Under the pieces are notes generated by a model. That model was not told the DNA's origin and made no database searches. It saw only the letters and a program-made list of their open reading frames with translations. A DNA stretch of 23,635 bases from Octopus sinensis (taxonomy: Eukaryota): assembly GCF_006345805.1 (NCBI RefSeq), contig NW_021823685.1:1-23635 (forward strand). Reading direction: 5' to 3'. The position numbers and the translations under genes are program-made. Below, one piece after another: positions 20,866-23,635 of this stretch (its first letter is position 1; each line of letters opens with the position of its first letter).

Positions 20866-21240
20866 TTAAGACTGTGTGTGGACGCTATGTGATTGTCTTC
20901 GTATTGAGGTTGTGGCCGCTAGGGGTAGCGTCGAGGACGATCGACAAGGGCACATAACTTTGTGCAAGGCGTCCCTAAAGTCGGACAGTCCCCAGGCGTA
21001 GAGTCCGGGATTCCACACAGAGTTGGCATGTGACAAGATGACAGCAAAATTCATGAGTATCGGTGGGATGACACAGTCTTTGCAAAATAACATGATGGCG
21101 TTGATTGTATAGAGCGGGAACCAGGAGACCAAAAACAGGAGTACAATGATTAGCACGCTTTTTGCTGTCTGTGCGTCCCGCTTGGCGCTCTCTTTTGTTT
21201 GTACTCCCATGGTGCTTTGCTGCTGTTTCGCTGACCGTAA
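20866..21240 (-). CDS. Terminal coding exon of an adenosine-receptor-like class A GPCR (end of ICL3, TM6, ECL3, TM7, helix 8, C tail)
   Basis: Polypyrimidine tract plus acceptor TTCTTTTCTTTTCTATTTCAG at 21241, phase 0, reading LRSAKQQQSTMGVQ... to TAA. Motifs AKSVLIIVLLFLVSWFPLYTINA, CKDC and ILSHANSVWNPGLYAWGLSDFR match adenosine receptor TM6/TM7 (WxPL..IN, LSHANS..NP..Y). Upstream exons are not evident in the window. Confidence 0.92.
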   Translation of the reverse strand, partial: LRSAKQQQSTMGVQTKESAKRDAQTAKSVLIIVLLFLVSWFPLYTINAIMLFCKDCVIPPILMNFAVILSHANSVWNPGLYAWGLSDFRDALHKVMCPCRSSSTLPLAATTSIRRQSHSVHTQS

Positions 21241-21270
21241 CTGAAATAGAAAAGAAAAGAATACATAAAT

Positions 21271-21700
21271 ATCATCATCATCATTATCATCATCATTTAG
21301 CGTCCGTTTTCCATGCTAGCATGGGTTGGACGGTTTGACCGGGGTCTGGGAAGCCAGAAGGCTGCACCAGGCTCCAGTCTTATCTGGCAGTGTTTCTACA
21401 GCTGTTCCGTGAGTGTATTGAGTGCTTTTTACCTCACTACCTCCTCCTCCTCCTCATCATCATCATCATTTAGCGTCTGTTTTCCATGCTAGCATGGGTT
21501 GGACGGTTTGACTGAGGTCTGGGAAGCCTGAAGGCTGCACCAGGCCCAGTCTGATCTGGCAGTGTTTCTACAGTTGGATGCCCTTCCTAACGCCAACCAC
21601 TCTGTGAGTGTAGTGGGTGCTTTTTAAGTGCCACCGGCACAGGTGCTAGACGAGGCTGGCAAACAGCCACACTCGGATGGTTCGCTTACGTGCCCCCGGC
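21271..21700 (-). mobile_element. Two tandem 3' fragments of SINE family 2 (21271-21432, 21454-21700) in the GPCR intron
   Basis: (ATC)n then TTTAGCGTC.GTTTTCCATGCTAGCATGGGTTGGACGG occurs twice. Reverse complement of about 3600-3773. Confidence 0.85.
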
Positions 21701-21881
21701 AATTGTATCACAGCTACAATTTCCATTGATGTTGATCGATTTCGATATATACATCAAATAAAAAGAAAGAAAAATAAAGAAAAAAGACAAGAAAAAACAA
21801 ACACAAAAGCCTTGGATTTACAGAGTTGGTTGATCCATGATCCAATGCATTCCAGACGTGGCCATCCTATCTTATAAAATC

Positions 21882-21985
21882 CTAGCAGTATTGCCCGGCT
21901 GTTGCTCGGGTTTGTTTCGACCCTTTAGAATTGGAATTTTTGGAAAGTAAAAATTTAGCATTATGTAGCTTATTATTCTCTTTAA
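21882..21985 (-). mobile_element. Helitron 3' terminus
   Basis: Minus strand CCCGAGCAACAGCCGGGCAATACTGCTAG is nearly identical to the 3' end at 425-452. The 5' extent is undetermined. Confidence 0.7.
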
Positions 21986-22505
21986 GCGGAAGAGGAAAGA
22001 GAGAGGGAGCATGATAAAGGGGGAGGGGCCTGGAGAGACAGAAAGGAAGGGAGAGAGAGACAGAAGGATGAAAAGAAAGGAGAGAGAGGAGAGGGGGGGG
22101 GGGAGGGAGGGAGGGATGAGAGGAGAGGATGAGAGGGAAGAAGTAAGAGGGAGAGGATGAGAGGGAGAGGAAGTATGAGAGGGAGAGGAAGTATGAGAGG
22201 GAGAGGAAGTATGAGAGAGAGAGAGGAAGGAGAGAGGAGTGAATGAAAAGGGGAGAGAAAGTGATGGAGAGAAAAAGGGAAAAGGAGAAACATAGAGAGA
22301 GAAAGAGACACACACACACACACACAAGAAACACTGAGAGAAATTGAGAGGGGAAGACATGGATAGAGAAAGAGGGGAATACAGGGAGAGAAAGAGAAAG
22401 ACACAGCCTGACAGAGAGGGTGGGACAGATAGATAGATAGATAGATAGATAAAGAGAGAAAGAGAGAGAAAGAGAGAGAGGAAAGAGAGAGAGAGAGAGA
22501 GAGCA
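21985..22505. repeat. Polypurine (GA-rich) low-complexity tract
   Basis: Strongly purine-biased + strand. GAGAGGGAGAGGAAGTAT x3 at 22159-22212, (GATA)n, and G-runs at about 22093-22116. Confidence 0.88.
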
Positions 22506-22591
22506 GGAAACATGTAATTACATAAATTTAATGAAATGTAAATAAATAAGAATTTTATCGGAAATGCAATTTCACACAATTTTGTTCTGAC

Positions 22592-22638
22592 AATTTTGTT
22601 TCTTCCATCTTGCTGTTTCACATTGTCAATGTATATAT

Positions 22639-22682
<44 letters not shown>

Positions 22683-22914
22683 CATATATATATATATATA
22701 CATACATATCATATAATATATTATATATATATATATAATATGTATATATATATATGTTTGAATATGTATGTATGTATGTTTGTATAAATATATATATATG
22801 TATATATATGTATGTAATATATGTATGTATTATATATATGTGTATATATATATAATTTTGTTTCTTTCATCTTGTTGTTTCACATTGTCAATGTGTATAT
22901 ATATATGTATGTAA

Positions 22915-22950
<36 letters not shown>

Positions 22951-23073
22951 ATATGTATGTGTATGTAAGTATATACATATATATACATACACACACCACA
23001 CACACACACACATATATATATGTATATATATGTTTGAATATGTATGTATGTATGTTTGTATAAATATATATAT
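22592..23073. repeat. Tandem duplication of a microsatellite-containing unit (~260-280 bp period)
   Basis: AATTTTGTTTCTT.CATCTTG.TGTTTCACATTGTCAATG at 22592 and 22854. TATATGTTTGAATATGTATGTATGTATGTTTGTATAAAT at about 22751 and 23027. Confidence 0.8.
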
Positions 23074-23635
23074 GCACACATACACATACATATGCATGTA
23101 TGTGAGTGTATACATTTGTTGCAGTGTATATAATTATAAGTGCATGTGTATACATGTCTATATTATCTAGATATATATTTCTATTCACACACATACGTAT
23201 CTATCTACCCATGTGTATGTGTGTGTGTGTGTGTATGAATCCATCTATCTAAGTGCATATATACATGCATTATACACACACATGCACATATGTTAGAATT
23301 ATATCGATATAATGGTGGTGCCCCAGCATGGCCGCGGCCTTTGGGCTGAAACATTTTAAGGATTATATATATATATATATATATATATATTAATTTATGT
23401 ATATTACATTTACGTGCATGCATAGATACTAATGCATATGCTCAGACACGTACACACACATACACACATCTATATATATAAATATACATGCATACATATA
23501 TACCTACACAGAAATATCTACATACATACAGAGGAAAACCATTTGCTAGCATCAACACCAGTCTCACAGTTTCCTGGGTGGTCTTAGTCACAGTAGACAC
23601 CCGTAAAAAATATATACTCGCTTGCATGAATATGA

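Noticed and set aside
21872-22621. 249 aa Ser/Leu/Pro-rich ORF as an upstream GPCR exon
   Set aside because: Translation of the polypyrimidine strand of the GA tract, with no TM1-5 GPCR motifs.

Overview
AT-rich, microsatellite-saturated eukaryotic DNA. The repeat style ((TA)n/(CA)n tracts, tRNA-headed SINEs, piggyBac-type MITEs) is most consistent with an octopus/coleoid genome, which is an inference. The only host coding sequence I can support is the last coding exon (TM6-TM7-C tail) of an adenosine-receptor-like class A GPCR on the minus strand (20866-21240). The rest is mobile or repeated DNA: a decayed DD34D mariner interrupted by a SINE, three SINE families, non-autonomous Helitron pieces, a tandem piggyBac MITE array, a MITE with telomeric hexamers and several local duplications. 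The most notable signal is not in the ORF track. Short AT-rich elements inserted beside (TA)n tracts carry type I hammerhead ribozymes with palindromic stem III, in the Penelope-like/retrozyme style. One has a fully intact core (5432-5530 +), one is nearly intact (518-573 -), and several are decayed relics. Two 83-100 bp fold-back palindromes are built from related elements. Nearly all listed ORFs are microsatellite or SINE artefacts.
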